Below are positions 48,869 to 58,218 of a stretch of 64,000 bases of DNA, piece by piece. Under the pieces are notes generated by a model. The model did no database searches. It saw only the letters and a program-made list of their open reading frames with translations, and was not told the origin of the DNA. The position numbers were made by a program, and so were the translations under genes. Source of the stretch: Candidatus Methanomethylophilaceae archaeon (GTDB lineage Archaea; Thermoplasmatota; Thermoplasmata; Methanomassiliicoccales; Methanomethylophilaceae). Positions within the stretch are counted from its first letter, which is position 1; each line of letters opens with the position of its first letter. Where the stretch lies: the NCBI GenBank assembly GCA_050950505.1, contig JBMNHS010000002.1, positions 64,001 to 128,000 of the forward strand. Direction: 5' to 3'.

Positions 48869-49633
48869 TTAAAAATCTTTATATCCTTCGGGATCAACCC
48901 TGAAGGATAACCTTTTTTCTTTCAGTTCCGACATCAATACGGGCAGTTTTTCAGTTACTTTTTCAATATCTTCGGGATAAGTCTGAATCACTCCGCGGTC
49001 CCCGCGGTGTCTGAATCTTACCTGGGAAATTCCCGTCACTTTCCGTATCGTCTCTTCGATTTCTTCTATGTCCTTCAGCAACCCGTCGGCAAGAACAACA
49101 TCTTCGGGAATTCTGGTGGCCAGACATGTTTCTTTTATCATGCCTTCGGACCAGGATTTCGAAGTCACGAAGTCCAAAATTTCCTTCCTTGTTATTTTCA
49201 GTTCCTCAAGGGGACTCATCACGCCGGCTTCCGAAGCGGCAAGTTTTCCGGGTCTGCCGGCCTTAAGATCGTCATAATTGTCGCCGCAGATGACATTGTT
49301 CATTTCCAAATCCTCGGCGACGGACCGCACCTCTCTGTAAATTGCTTTTTTGCAGTGGTAACATCTCATGCCGTCGTTGAGTTTCATATCCCCCAAAGTT
49401 TTCCAGTCCAATTCGACGACCGCAAGGGGAATCCCTATCGCGCCGGCAATCCGTACCGCTTCCGATTTCTGTCTGTCGCTTGTGACGGGCAGGTCAACAA
49501 ACACGGCGCAAACCCGTTCCAAGGACCGGGCGCAGGCTTCGGCGAGGTAGGAACTGTCGAATCCGCCGGAAAACGCCAACACCGCGGATTCTTTTTCCTT
49601 CAATGTTTCGCAAACCCTCTCGAAACCAATCAT
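48869..49633 (-). CDS. larE: LarE-like PP-loop sulfur transferase
   Basis: AFSGG.DS, RCY.CK, RPG..A, SPL, CLATRIP, QVR.R. Confidence 0.8.
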   Translation of the reverse strand: MIGFERVCETLKEKESAVLAFSGGFDSSYLAEACARSLERVCAVFVDLPVTSDRQKSEAVRIAGAIGIPLAVVELDWKTLGDMKLNDGMRCYHCKKAIYREVRSVAEDLEMNNVICGDNYDDLKAGRPGKLAASEAGVMSPLEELKITRKEILDFVTSKSWSEGMIKETCLATRIPEDVVLADGLLKDIEEIEETIRKVTGISQVRFRHRGDRGVIQTYPEDIEKVTEKLPVLMSELKEKRLSFRVDPEGYKDF

Positions 49634-49684
49634 ACAATCGGGATTTCCGCGAATGTCTTTAATCCTTATCATTATACACAGGCT

Positions 49685-50431
49685 ATGGACGTGAGAGAGG
49701 TCCTTGAACTGTACAGGGAGGGAAAAATCAGCGGGGAAGAAGCCGAGAAGGCACTCCGCACCGATTACATCGAAACCATCGGCAACGAGGTAAACATGGA
49801 CCTCGGCAGACAGGCCAGGAAAGGAGTTCCGGAAGTGGTGTACGCCAGAACCAAAACTCCCGGAACCGTGGAAAAGATTCTCCGTTCCTCCGCAGGCAGG
49901 GTGTTGGTGTCCGGGGCAAAGGAAGAGCATTGCGAAGCCGTAAAAGACATCGAAGGCATAGAATTCTTCAAAGAATACGGATGCATCGTTCTGGGAGGAT
50001 TCCCGGAAGAAAAATACGGCGCGATAGCGGTAATCACCGCGGGAACTTCCGACATACCGGTGGCCGGCGAGGCAATGCTCATGTCAAGAATGATGGGATG
50101 CCGATGCATCGAATATTTTGACATCGGCGTTTCCGGCATTCACAGACTGATCGAGCCGATGAAAGAGACAATCCGCGAAGACGTGGCCGCAATAGTGGCC
50201 GTCGCGGGGATGGAAGGGGCGTTGCCGACGCTGATATCTTCTTTGTCTCCCGTCCCGGTGATAGGCGTACCCACTTCCACGGGTTACGGATTCGGCGGTG
50301 ACGGAACCGCCGCACTGATGGGCATGCTTCAGTCCTGTTCTCCGGGCCTGAGCGTGGTAAACATCGACAACGGAATAGGGGCCGGCGCGGTGGCGGCAAT
50401 GATTTCCAGGGGAAGGTCAAACAAAAAATGA
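49685..50431 (+). CDS. larB: Nickel-pincer cofactor biosynthesis protein LarB
   Basis: R..RKG.PEV, AGTSD.PVA, D.GV.GIHRL, AGMEGAL, PTS.GYG, VVNIDNG. Confidence 0.9.
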   Translation: MDVREVLELYREGKISGEEAEKALRTDYIETIGNEVNMDLGRQARKGVPEVVYARTKTPGTVEKILRSSAGRVLVSGAKEEHCEAVKDIEGIEFFKEYGCIVLGGFPEEKYGAIAVITAGTSDIPVAGEAMLMSRMMGCRCIEYFDIGVSGIHRLIEPMKETIREDVAAIVAVAGMEGALPTLISSLSPVPVIGVPTSTGYGFGGDGTAALMGMLQSCSPGLSVVNIDNGIGAGAVAAMISRGRSNKK

Positions 50432-51696
50432 GTCAACGGACGTTTGTCAATGCGGTAACCGAAGACCCGGAAATCAAATCGGGATTGTGTTCGATATGCA
50501 AAGGATCCCGGAGGCTCTGCGGCAAAACCAGATGTCCTCTGATGATCAAATTCTACTCACATCAGAAAACGATGCCGTTGATCGACACGAAGGATTTGGC
50601 CGGTTCAACGCCCCCATCCGTTTTCGTCGGACGTTACGGTTATCCGAAAGTCGACGTCGGTCCTCTCATTCCCCCTCAGTTCGGGGATACTTCAGAGATG
50701 GACAAACCTGAAATGTGGATGGGGAAAACCATAGACGACATTGTGGATTTCAGATTCAGACTAGTCAGGGGCAAAGTAAGGATCAACGCTTATGATTTCG
50801 CATCCGCGGGCAGAGTCGTAGACGACATCCAGGAAATAGCCCTGACCGAACGTCCTCTGGACATAGAAGCCAAATTCTCAAGCAAGCCGAAAGGAAGACT
50901 GATTCTTGACGATGAGGTTCAGCCCTTCGGGCCTTCGGCAAGGATGACTTCCATGAAGAAGGACGCGGGGAAGTTCGAAAGAAATCTTGAAAAAAGTTTT
51001 TACGACACCGACATGAACGCCACCGACGCGGTCATCGCCGCCTACCGCAACGGAACGTTGATTTCCGAAATTGAAAAAGCATTTTCCGTTGGGACAATGG
51101 GTGTCGGGAAAAGAAGGAGATTCGTACCCACGAGATGGTCAATCACCGCGGTGGACGACATCATTGGCAAAGATTTGCTGAACCGCACAAAACATTTCGA
51201 AACCATTGACGAGTACAGAATATACGAATGGGAACAGTTGGACAACAGATGGTGCATTCTGATGATGCCCTGCACATGGAGATACGAACTCATCGAAGCA
51301 TGGTATCCCAACACCACCTGGAATCCCACCGGACGGGAGATCGATATAATCAGCGACCATGAATTTTTCGACGGCCGCAAAGAGTACGCCAAGATCGGCG
51401 GATGCTATTACGCCGCCAGGATGGCGGTCAATGAGAAACTGATCGAAGAAAGCCGTACCGCCGGCGTTGTGATATTCAGGGAAGCCCACCCCGGTTACGT
51501 CATGCCGGTCGGAGTATGGAACGTACGTGAAAACGTCAGAGCGGCTCTGAAAACCAAACCTTTCGAATACGACACGCTGAACAAAGCCATGGATCATGTG
51601 GACCGGGTGATGGAAATACCGAAAAACACCTGGATCCGGGAATCCGGAATATTGACCGACTGGCACACCCAAAGGAGGATTGAGGATTATTACTAA
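50428..51696 (+). CDS. nreA: Nre-family DNA repair protein
   Basis: C..CKG...LCG...CP, PPSVFVG..GYP, VPTRWSITAVD, GCYYAAR, PVGVW.VRE, C-terminal PIP box QRRIEDYY. Confidence 0.9.
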   Translation: MSQRTFVNAVTEDPEIKSGLCSICKGSRRLCGKTRCPLMIKFYSHQKTMPLIDTKDLAGSTPPSVFVGRYGYPKVDVGPLIPPQFGDTSEMDKPEMWMGKTIDDIVDFRFRLVRGKVRINAYDFASAGRVVDDIQEIALTERPLDIEAKFSSKPKGRLILDDEVQPFGPSARMTSMKKDAGKFERNLEKSFYDTDMNATDAVIAAYRNGTLISEIEKAFSVGTMGVGKRRRFVPTRWSITAVDDIIGKDLLNRTKHFETIDEYRIYEWEQLDNRWCILMMPCTWRYELIEAWYPNTTWNPTGREIDIISDHEFFDGRKEYAKIGGCYYAARMAVNEKLIEESRTAGVVIFREAHPGYVMPVGVWNVRENVRAALKTKPFEYDTLNKAMDHVDRVMEIPKNTWIRESGILTDWHTQRRIEDYY

Positions 51697-52465
51697 TCTT
51701 CTGGATTTCACTTCCGATGAAGACTGGGACGGCATTTATGAAACCGTGAAATGCAAACGCGCGTTATCGCCGTCAAAGCTTCCCGAAATGGATTACGCCC
51801 TGAATCCTTACGGGGGCTGCGAGCACGGATGCGTTTATTGTTACGCCCCGGAAGTGACCCATACGGATTGGAAGGGATGGCGGATAGTACGGGTGAAAAT
51901 CAACATCGCCGACCGATTGGCGAAAGAACTGACAAACGTGCGGGGGGTGGTGGGCATCGGCACTGTCACGGATCCGTACCAATACGCCGAGAAAAGATTC
52001 ATGCTGACCCGTCAGTGTCTCGAAGTTCTGAAAAACAAAGGAACCAAGATTCATATTCACACCAAGTCGGATCTGATTCTGAGGGACCGGGATCTGATTT
52101 CATCCATGGAAAGCGAAGTCGGAATCACTCTCACCACTCTTGACGACAGGATTTCATGCATCACCGAACCCGGTGCGCCCTTGCCCGCGAGAAGGCTGAA
52201 TGCACTGAAGGAACTCACTGATGCGGGAATCGGCACTTATGCTCTCGTAGGCCCGGTTCTGAACACTTTGGAAGGCAAAGAAGAGGATTTCGTGAATGCG
52301 ATCGTCTCCGCCGGTACGAAGCGTATGAGCCTTGACAGACTCAATCTCCGTCCGAAAATGACCGAAAGGCTCAGTCGGATGGGCATCAAAGGTTCAGACA
52401 GGGCGCTGGAGAAAATACGGAAACTTTCCGAAGATGCGGGTTTGGAAGTTTCCGACGTGTTCTGA
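51680..52465 (+). CDS. Radical SAM protein (spore-photoproduct-lyase-like family)
   Basis: NPY.GCEHGCVYCYA, TDPYQ..E, TKS.L..RD, EP.AP...RL. Confidence 0.85.
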   Translation: MRIITNLLDFTSDEDWDGIYETVKCKRALSPSKLPEMDYALNPYGGCEHGCVYCYAPEVTHTDWKGWRIVRVKINIADRLAKELTNVRGVVGIGTVTDPYQYAEKRFMLTRQCLEVLKNKGTKIHIHTKSDLILRDRDLISSMESEVGITLTTLDDRISCITEPGAPLPARRLNALKELTDAGIGTYALVGPVLNTLEGKEEDFVNAIVSAGTKRMSLDRLNLRPKMTERLSRMGIKGSDRALEKIRKLSEDAGLEVSDVF

Positions 52466-52500
52466 CGCGTTACCGACTCTTTCCGGAAATTTCAAAACGT

Positions 52501-52911
52501 TCATTCGCGGCGGAACCAAAGAAATCTGTTCCACTCGAAAGCCAAAGAATAAAGGGTGAAAGACAGGGAAAGAATCAACAGAACGGCAAGACCGGTGTGG
52601 TATGCAGATCCCGCATTGCAGTATATTGTGGCTCTGACGTAAAGGGCATACCAAAGAATGTAGGCACCCAATCCCGCAAGGAAATAAGTTTTTCTGGTAT
52701 GTATTTCACGCTTTCTGTATTTGTGTCCGTGGATTATGTACCATCCGCCGAGGAAATAGCTGAACGCAAGAGCCAAAAAAGGCTTCAGGGGATAAGGCCA
52801 TTTGCTCATAAAGAAGAGAAAGTAGACTGTGGACAGTATGGACATACCTATGCCTGTGTAAACAAACCAATCGCCGTCGATGGAGTCACAATCGGCTTTG
52901 TACCTTCTCAT
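52501..52911 (-). CDS. Hypothetical 4-TM membrane protein
   Basis: Four hydrophobic segments; start uncertain (up to 53019). Confidence 0.6.
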   Translation of the reverse strand: MRRYKADCDSIDGDWFVYTGIGMSILSTVYFLFFMSKWPYPLKPFLALAFSYFLGGWYIIHGHKYRKREIHTRKTYFLAGLGAYILWYALYVRATIYCNAGSAYHTGLAVLLILSLSFTLYSLAFEWNRFLWFRRE

Positions 52912-53098
52912 GGTTTTCCATATTTTGTGTGAAGATATATATCCTTGACCGATAAAACAATCCTTTTTTATGCCGGGAAGCGGAAAGAAAGCCGAATCGA
53001 TTCCGTAATTTTGAAACATTATACATAATGGTTTTATAGACGGCTATTGTCAATTAATTCCGCCGTCATCAGACTCGACGGATTTTGAAAGAAGGCGT

Positions 53099-53707
53099 AT
53101 GATGAAACGAAACGGTTTGGTAATTGTCAGCATGGCAATCGTACTTTCCATGACGGCTCTGCCGATCGCTATGGGTTACGCCTCAAGTTCCGTATCAATC
53201 GGAGAAAACAGGGTAAATCTCGAGGAAGAAATTTCGGGAGGCATAGTGATACCTCCGGACGATCCCAAATTGGATATAAAAACGGATGAAATCGGCGGAC
53301 ATCCCGGGTTCTGGATTTACAACCCCGACACTTCAAATGATTATCTGTTGGGCACCACCACAACGAAAACCTTCGATGTGGATCTTCCCGCAAACAGAAA
53401 GTTTGTGATATTGGCGGAAAGGCCCGATTTACTTATTGCGACGACTTATCTGAAATTCACCATAACTTTCGCAGGCGACGAAACCTGGACTTATTACGCT
53501 GATAACAAAGACGCATCCGGTTCAAAAGATTCCCGGGGCATTGTCTATTATTCCGCCGGATCCGACGAATACCTGAACGGTTCACGGTTGATTCCCCAAA
53601 GCAGCATCACCGGTTTGGAATTCATGGAATTCGACCGTGACATCGTCCTTACCGTGGATTCGTACAGAGGATTGTCCACGCTGCGTCTGGCCATTATCTT
53701 TGAATGA
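53099..53707 (+). CDS. Hypothetical secreted protein
   Basis: N-terminal signal/TM segment; no recognised domain. Confidence 0.65.
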   Translation: MMKRNGLVIVSMAIVLSMTALPIAMGYASSSVSIGENRVNLEEEISGGIVIPPDDPKLDIKTDEIGGHPGFWIYNPDTSNDYLLGTTTTKTFDVDLPANRKFVILAERPDLLIATTYLKFTITFAGDETWTYYADNKDASGSKDSRGIVYYSAGSDEYLNGSRLIPQSSITGLEFMEFDRDIVLTVDSYRGLSTLRLAIIFE

Positions 53708-53779
53708 AAATCATTCTGTTGCGTCCGCGCCGCGAAAACCTTTTCAAAAATAATCCGCAGTTGGGTTTTTTCTTTTGGA

Positions 53780-53804
53780 TATATTACTAATGTTTATATA
53801 GAAG
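53780..53804 (+). promoter_or_regulatory. Thermosome promoter; motif shared with htpG
   Basis: TATATTACTAATGTTTATATAGAAG, 23/25 identical to 60169-60193 on the minus strand. Confidence 0.7.
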
Positions 53805-53844
53805 AACAAAATTACTGATACCTAATACAAACGGAGGATACACT

Positions 53845-55461
53845 ATGTATGGATCTGGAAATCAACCCATTATCGTGCTGAAAGAAGGCACGGAAAGAAG
53901 CAAAGACAAAGAAGCACAGTTCAACAACATCGCCGCGGCGAAAGCGGTTGCCGATGCGGTAAGGTCCACCCTCGGACCCAAAGGCATGGACAAGATGATG
54001 GTCAACCCCATCGGTGACGTTGTGATCACCAACGACGGCGTGACCATTCTGAAAGAAGTCGACGTACAGCACCCCGCGGCAAAAATGGTCGTGGAAGTGG
54101 CCAAGACACAGGATTCCGAATGCGGGGACGGTACCACAACCTCTGTGGTCATCGCCGGAGAATTGCTCAAACAGGCCGAAGAGCTCATTGATGCAAACGT
54201 TCATTCCACCGTCATTACCAACGGTTTCAGGCTTGCCGCGGAAAAAGCCGAGGAAATCCTCAACGAAATCGCAGTCCCCGTGAAGGATGACAAGCTCCTG
54301 GAGAAAGTCGCCGCCACCGCACTCACCGGCAAATCCGTCGGCGATCAGGAAGAAAAACTTTCCGAACTCGTCGTGAAAGCCTGCAGATCCATCGAAGAAG
54401 ACGGAAAAGTAGAAGTCGAAGACATCCGCATTCAGAAGAAAGTCGGTGAATCCATCAGCGACTCCAGCATCATCAACGGAATAGTCATCGACAAAGAACG
54501 CGTCCACCCCCGCATGCCCAAGAAGGTCGAGGGAGCAAAAATCGCTTTGTTCTCCGCACCTCTTGAAGTCAAGAAAACGGAATTCGACGCACAGATTCAG
54601 ATTACCGATCCCACAAAGATGAACGCCTTCCTTGAAGAAGAGGAGAACAGCCTCAAACTCATGGTTGAGAACATCAAGAAGTCCGGCGCAAACGTCGTTT
54701 TCTCCCAGAAGGGAATCGACGAGCTCGCACAGCACTATCTTTCCAAAGCGGGAATCTTCGCTTGCAGAAGGCTCAAGCAGAGCGACCTCGAAGCGATTGC
54801 CAAGGCAACCGGCGGAAACGTTGTCGGAAACGTCAATGAAATCACCGAGAAAGACCTGGGAACCGCAGGCACGGTTGAAGAGAAACTCGTCGGAGAAGAC
54901 GGAATGGTATTCATCACCGACTGCAAGGACTCCAAAGTCGTCACTCTCTTCGCCCGCGGCGGAACCGAGCATGTGATCGAAGAAGTCAAGAGAGCCATCA
55001 ACGACGCGATACGCGTTGTCGCCGTGGCAATCGAAGACGGCAAAATCGTTGCGGGCGCAGGTGCCCCCGAAATCGAAGTCGGCATCAGATTGGCAGCCTA
55101 CGCAACCAGCGTCGGAGGCAGAGAACAGCTCGCCATCGAGAAGTTCGCCAAGGCCATGGAAATCATCCCCTGGACTCTTGCCGAAAACGCGGGAATCGAT
55201 CCGATCAACACCATCATCAACCTTAAGAAGGCACACAAGGACCACAAGGACGGAGCCCTTTACGGCATCAACCTTGATACCGGGGAAGCCATCAACGTTC
55301 TTGATATCAACGTTGTCGAACCCCTCAGGGTCAAGGTGCAGGCAATAAACTCTGCCTATGAAGTCGCCAACATGATTCTCAGAATCGACGACGTCATCAC
55401 CGCCCGCAGGTCTGCCCCGCCCCAAGGAGCACCCGGCGGAATGCCTCCGGGAATGATGTAA
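53845..55461 (+). CDS. ths: Thermosome (group II chaperonin) subunit
   Basis: [32 protein letters not shown] tail; GGAGG SD. Confidence 0.97.
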   Translation: MYGSGNQPIIVLKEGTERSKDKEAQFNNIAAAKAVADAVRSTLGPKGMDKMMVNPIGDVVITNDGVTILKEVDVQHPAAKMVVEVAKTQDSECGDGTTTSVVIAGELLKQAEELIDANVHSTVITNGFRLAAEKAEEILNEIAVPVKDDKLLEKVAATALTGKSVGDQEEKLSELVVKACRSIEEDGKVEVEDIRIQKKVGESISDSSIINGIVIDKERVHPRMPKKVEGAKIALFSAPLEVKKTEFDAQIQITDPTKMNAFLEEEENSLKLMVENIKKSGANVVFSQKGIDELAQHYLSKAGIFACRRLKQSDLEAIAKATGGNVVGNVNEITEKDLGTAGTVEEKLVGEDGMVFITDCKDSKVVTLFARGGTEHVIEEVKRAINDAIRVVAVAIEDGKIVAGAGAPEIEVGIRLAAYATSVGGREQLAIEKFAKAMEIIPWTLAENAGIDPINTIINLKKAHKDHKDGALYGINLDTGEAINVLDINVVEPLRVKVQAINSAYEVANMILRIDDVITARRSAPPQGAPGGMPPGMM

Positions 55462-55475
55462 GGCAAACAAACCAA

Positions 55476-55495
55476 GGAGGGGCGTCCTCCCCTCC
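55476..55495 (+). terminator. Hairpin after thermosome
   Basis: GGAGGGG-N6-CCCCTCC then pyrimidine tract. Confidence 0.55.
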
Positions 55496-55606
55496 GTTTC
55501 TCCTTTAAACCGCTTTCCGATTTTTCTTCCGTTTATCCCGTATTTCCGGATAATCGCAGGTATCCGAGCCGGATTTTCCGAATCTGCAATTATTAAATAA
55601 TCCTCC

Positions 55607-55623
55607 CGTGAATATGATTCACG
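55607..55623. promoter_or_regulatory. Palindrome upstream of the recombinase pair
   Basis: CGTGAAT-ATG-ATTCACG between TATA-like ATTATTAAATAAT and the start codon. Confidence 0.4.
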
Positions 55624-55633
55624 ATGGAATCAG

Positions 55634-56404
55634 ATGCACGCTGCGCTGTACTCTAGGGTATCGACTGAAGATCAGGCCCGCGAAGGGTTCTCTCTCGATG
55701 CTCAGATGAAACGGCTGGAAGCATATTGCAAAGTCCGCGGTTGGGAAATCGGGGGACGGTACAGGGACGAAGGATATTCCGGAAGGGACACGGATCGTCC
55801 GGAATACAGAAGGATGTTCGAAGAGTCCGACAAATGGGACATTCTTCTCGTTCTGAAAATGGATCGTATCCACAGGAACAGTGTGAACTTTGCACTTATG
55901 ATGGACGATCTCCGGAACAAAGGAAAAGAGTTCAATTCCATTCAGGAGAAGTTCGACACTACCACGGCCATGGGAAGATTTGTGATGGATATAATGCAAC
56001 GAATCGCCCAGCTGGAAAGTGAACAGATCGGCGAACGGGTAAAAGTGGGAATGACCCGCAAAGCAAGATACGGAACGGGTCCCTTGGGATCCGGTCATCC
56101 TTACGGTTATGTTTATTCGAAAGGAAATCTGGAAGTCATAGAAGACGAGGCCTACACCGTGAAACGCATATACCGCATGTATGCCGACGGCAATTCCATG
56201 GGGAAAATCGCGGACAGATTGAACGATGACGGAATTCCGGCGAAGAAAGGCGGCAGTTGGAACAGACAGTCCGTCCACAATATCCTGAGGAACCCTTTGT
56301 ACCTGGGATACATAGAATGGGACGGAATAACCAGAAAGGGAGACCATTCTCCCATACTGGACAGAAAATCTTATGAGGTGGTGAATGGACCTTTCGAACC
56401 CTGA
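55634..56404 (+). CDS. Serine recombinase A (resolvase + recombinase domain, compact)
   Basis: YSRVST..Q, D.G.SG...RP, KMDRIHRN, PYGY, IL.NP.Y.G. Confidence 0.9.
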   Translation: MHAALYSRVSTEDQAREGFSLDAQMKRLEAYCKVRGWEIGGRYRDEGYSGRDTDRPEYRRMFEESDKWDILLVLKMDRIHRNSVNFALMMDDLRNKGKEFNSIQEKFDTTTAMGRFVMDIMQRIAQLESEQIGERVKVGMTRKARYGTGPLGSGHPYGYVYSKGNLEVIEDEAYTVKRIYRMYADGNSMGKIADRLNDDGIPAKKGGSWNRQSVHNILRNPLYLGYIEWDGITRKGDHSPILDRKSYEVVNGPFEP

Positions 56405-57251
56405 CGGTCTCAGGGCCGCAGTATACGCAAGAGTATCCACCGACGAACAGGCACAGGAAGGATATTCTCTCGACGCCCAGAAAGAGAATCTCATAAATTA
56501 CTCGATAGCCCAGGGATGGACGGTGTCGAAAGTTTACGTAGACGACGGTTACACCGGAAGAAACACCAAACGTCCGGGTTACGCCAAAATGTTGGAAGAG
56601 CAGGATTTGTGGGATGTTCTTTTGGTCGTGAAGATGGACCGTATACACAGGAACAGCCGCAATTTCATGGAGATGATGGACGAGCTTGAGAAGAACGGCA
56701 AGATGTTCGTTTCTTCTTCCGAAGCTTTGGACACCACAAACGCCTTGGGACGTTTCGTCGTGGACATGATTCAGAGAATCGCCCAGCTGGAAAGTGAACA
56801 GATCGGCGAAAGGACATACATGGGAATGAGGGAAAAAGCGGAAAACCTGGAAGGCAGCGACACGGGAAAAAGGACCATGGGATTCAATCCCCCTTTCGGG
56901 TACGACATAGTCGACGGGGGGCTGTCGCCGGTAGATTGGGAATTGGAAGTCGTCAGAAACATATTCGACTGTTACCGCAACGGAATGACCATTGACGGAA
57001 TATGCACCGAACTCAACAAAAGAGACATACTCACCCGGAGGGAAAATCTGTGGAACGTCTACAATCTGAGGAACATACTGCACAATCCCGTATACGCGGG
57101 ATACATGAGATGGGACGGAATCCTCATAGGTCACGACGCCCCCGTCGCCCTGTCTCCCGAGGACTACAACGAAGTCCAGGAAATCATGGCCTCCAGGGTA
57201 AGGGACCCGTCCAAAAGAAACGTCGATCTGGTGCCGGTCGCGGAAGAATGA
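56385..57251 (+). CDS. Serine recombinase B (resolvase + recombinase domain, compact)
   Basis: YARVST..Q, DDG.TG...RP, KMDRIHRN, PFGY, IL.NP.Y.G; overlaps gene A, GAGGTG SD. Confidence 0.9.
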   Translation: MDLSNPDGLRAAVYARVSTDEQAQEGYSLDAQKENLINYSIAQGWTVSKVYVDDGYTGRNTKRPGYAKMLEEQDLWDVLLVVKMDRIHRNSRNFMEMMDELEKNGKMFVSSSEALDTTNALGRFVVDMIQRIAQLESEQIGERTYMGMREKAENLEGSDTGKRTMGFNPPFGYDIVDGGLSPVDWELEVVRNIFDCYRNGMTIDGICTELNKRDILTRRENLWNVYNLRNILHNPVYAGYMRWDGILIGHDAPVALSPEDYNEVQEIMASRVRDPSKRNVDLVPVAEE

Positions 57252-57591
57252 AGGCTTCGTTTCAATTCTGTTTTCGATAAAACCGAGTTCATAAACGGAT
57301 TTGCACAGTCGTTTCCCATGTCGGAAAAATTACCGTTATGAAAAGAATAGAAAGTTAACGTATATTGATATTTTTAGCCTTATATACTGTCTTTTCAACG
57401 GTTTTTTTCGGGAATGAAAAGACCCACATCTGCGGAAATTCGGATTTTCAGTTGGATTTATGCCGTATTTTTGAGATTTTATTATATACTTGTTAAATCC
57501 GTTATTACTCCGGGATGCACACGATCGGTTTATTTCATGACCGAATCAGTTCGAACAGGATTACACCGAGTGTCTCTCATGGAGATGGAGT

Positions 57592-58119
57592 ATGACAAAC
57601 AAATGCATAGACATGACAGCCTTCGGTCTGTTTTTCGTGGCTTTGGTATCGTTACCTATTGCTCTCATGAGCATAATGATTTACGCCGATAACAGCTACG
57701 GAATTTTGGCCGAAGAGCTGGGACCGTTCCTGATGGTCAGCGCTGTTTTCATTTTGATAGCGGCTATCGGAGCGTATAAGTCGAATTCTAACTTCGGCTC
57801 TACGGTCTTCGGACTTGTGGCCGCGGGTGTATTCTTCGCCGGTTGGGCGGGCGGTTCGCTTTACACGAACCTTTCGCTGGGAATAATTTTCCTGGTAGCG
57901 CTCGTCTGGTCCTACATGGCTCAGAACACACCTGTGTTGACGACTATCCTTCTTACCACGGCACTGATTTTCCTCTTCGGAGGAGTGGCGGTCGCCGAAG
58001 GAGACGGAATCTGGTTGCTCCTTAAGGGCATTGCCGCTTTGGCCAACTTTGTGTTGGCGCTGTACCTTGCCTTTACCCTTGTGAAGGGCGAATGCGAAGG
58101 TTGCGGCTGCCAGGATTGA
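57592..58119 (+). CDS. Six-TM membrane protein, possibly GPR1/FUN34/YaaH (SatP)-like
   Basis: Six hydrophobic helices; AFGL and NFG..VFG weakly resemble SatP motifs. Confidence 0.55.
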   Translation: MTNKCIDMTAFGLFFVALVSLPIALMSIMIYADNSYGILAEELGPFLMVSAVFILIAAIGAYKSNSNFGSTVFGLVAAGVFFAGWAGGSLYTNLSLGIIFLVALVWSYMAQNTPVLTTILLTTALIFLFGGVAVAEGDGIWLLLKGIAALANFVLALYLAFTLVKGECEGCGCQD

Positions 58120-58165
58120 GTCTCGTATCAGCCTCAAACGCATTACTCCCTGAAAGGGGAGGTAT

Positions 58166-58204
58166 CCTTCCGTCCGGAGCGCGGAACTGTGTTCGGACGG
58201 AAGG
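58166..58204. terminator. Hairpin between convergent genes
   Basis: CCTTCCGTCCG...CGGACGGAAGG followed by TTTTTATTTT. Confidence 0.6.
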
Positions 58205-58218
58205 GTTTTTATTTTCAC

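Noticed and set aside
57365-57388. dif-like sequence downstream of the recombinases
   Set aside because: Arms poorly palindromic; equally explained by AT-rich TATA-like sequence
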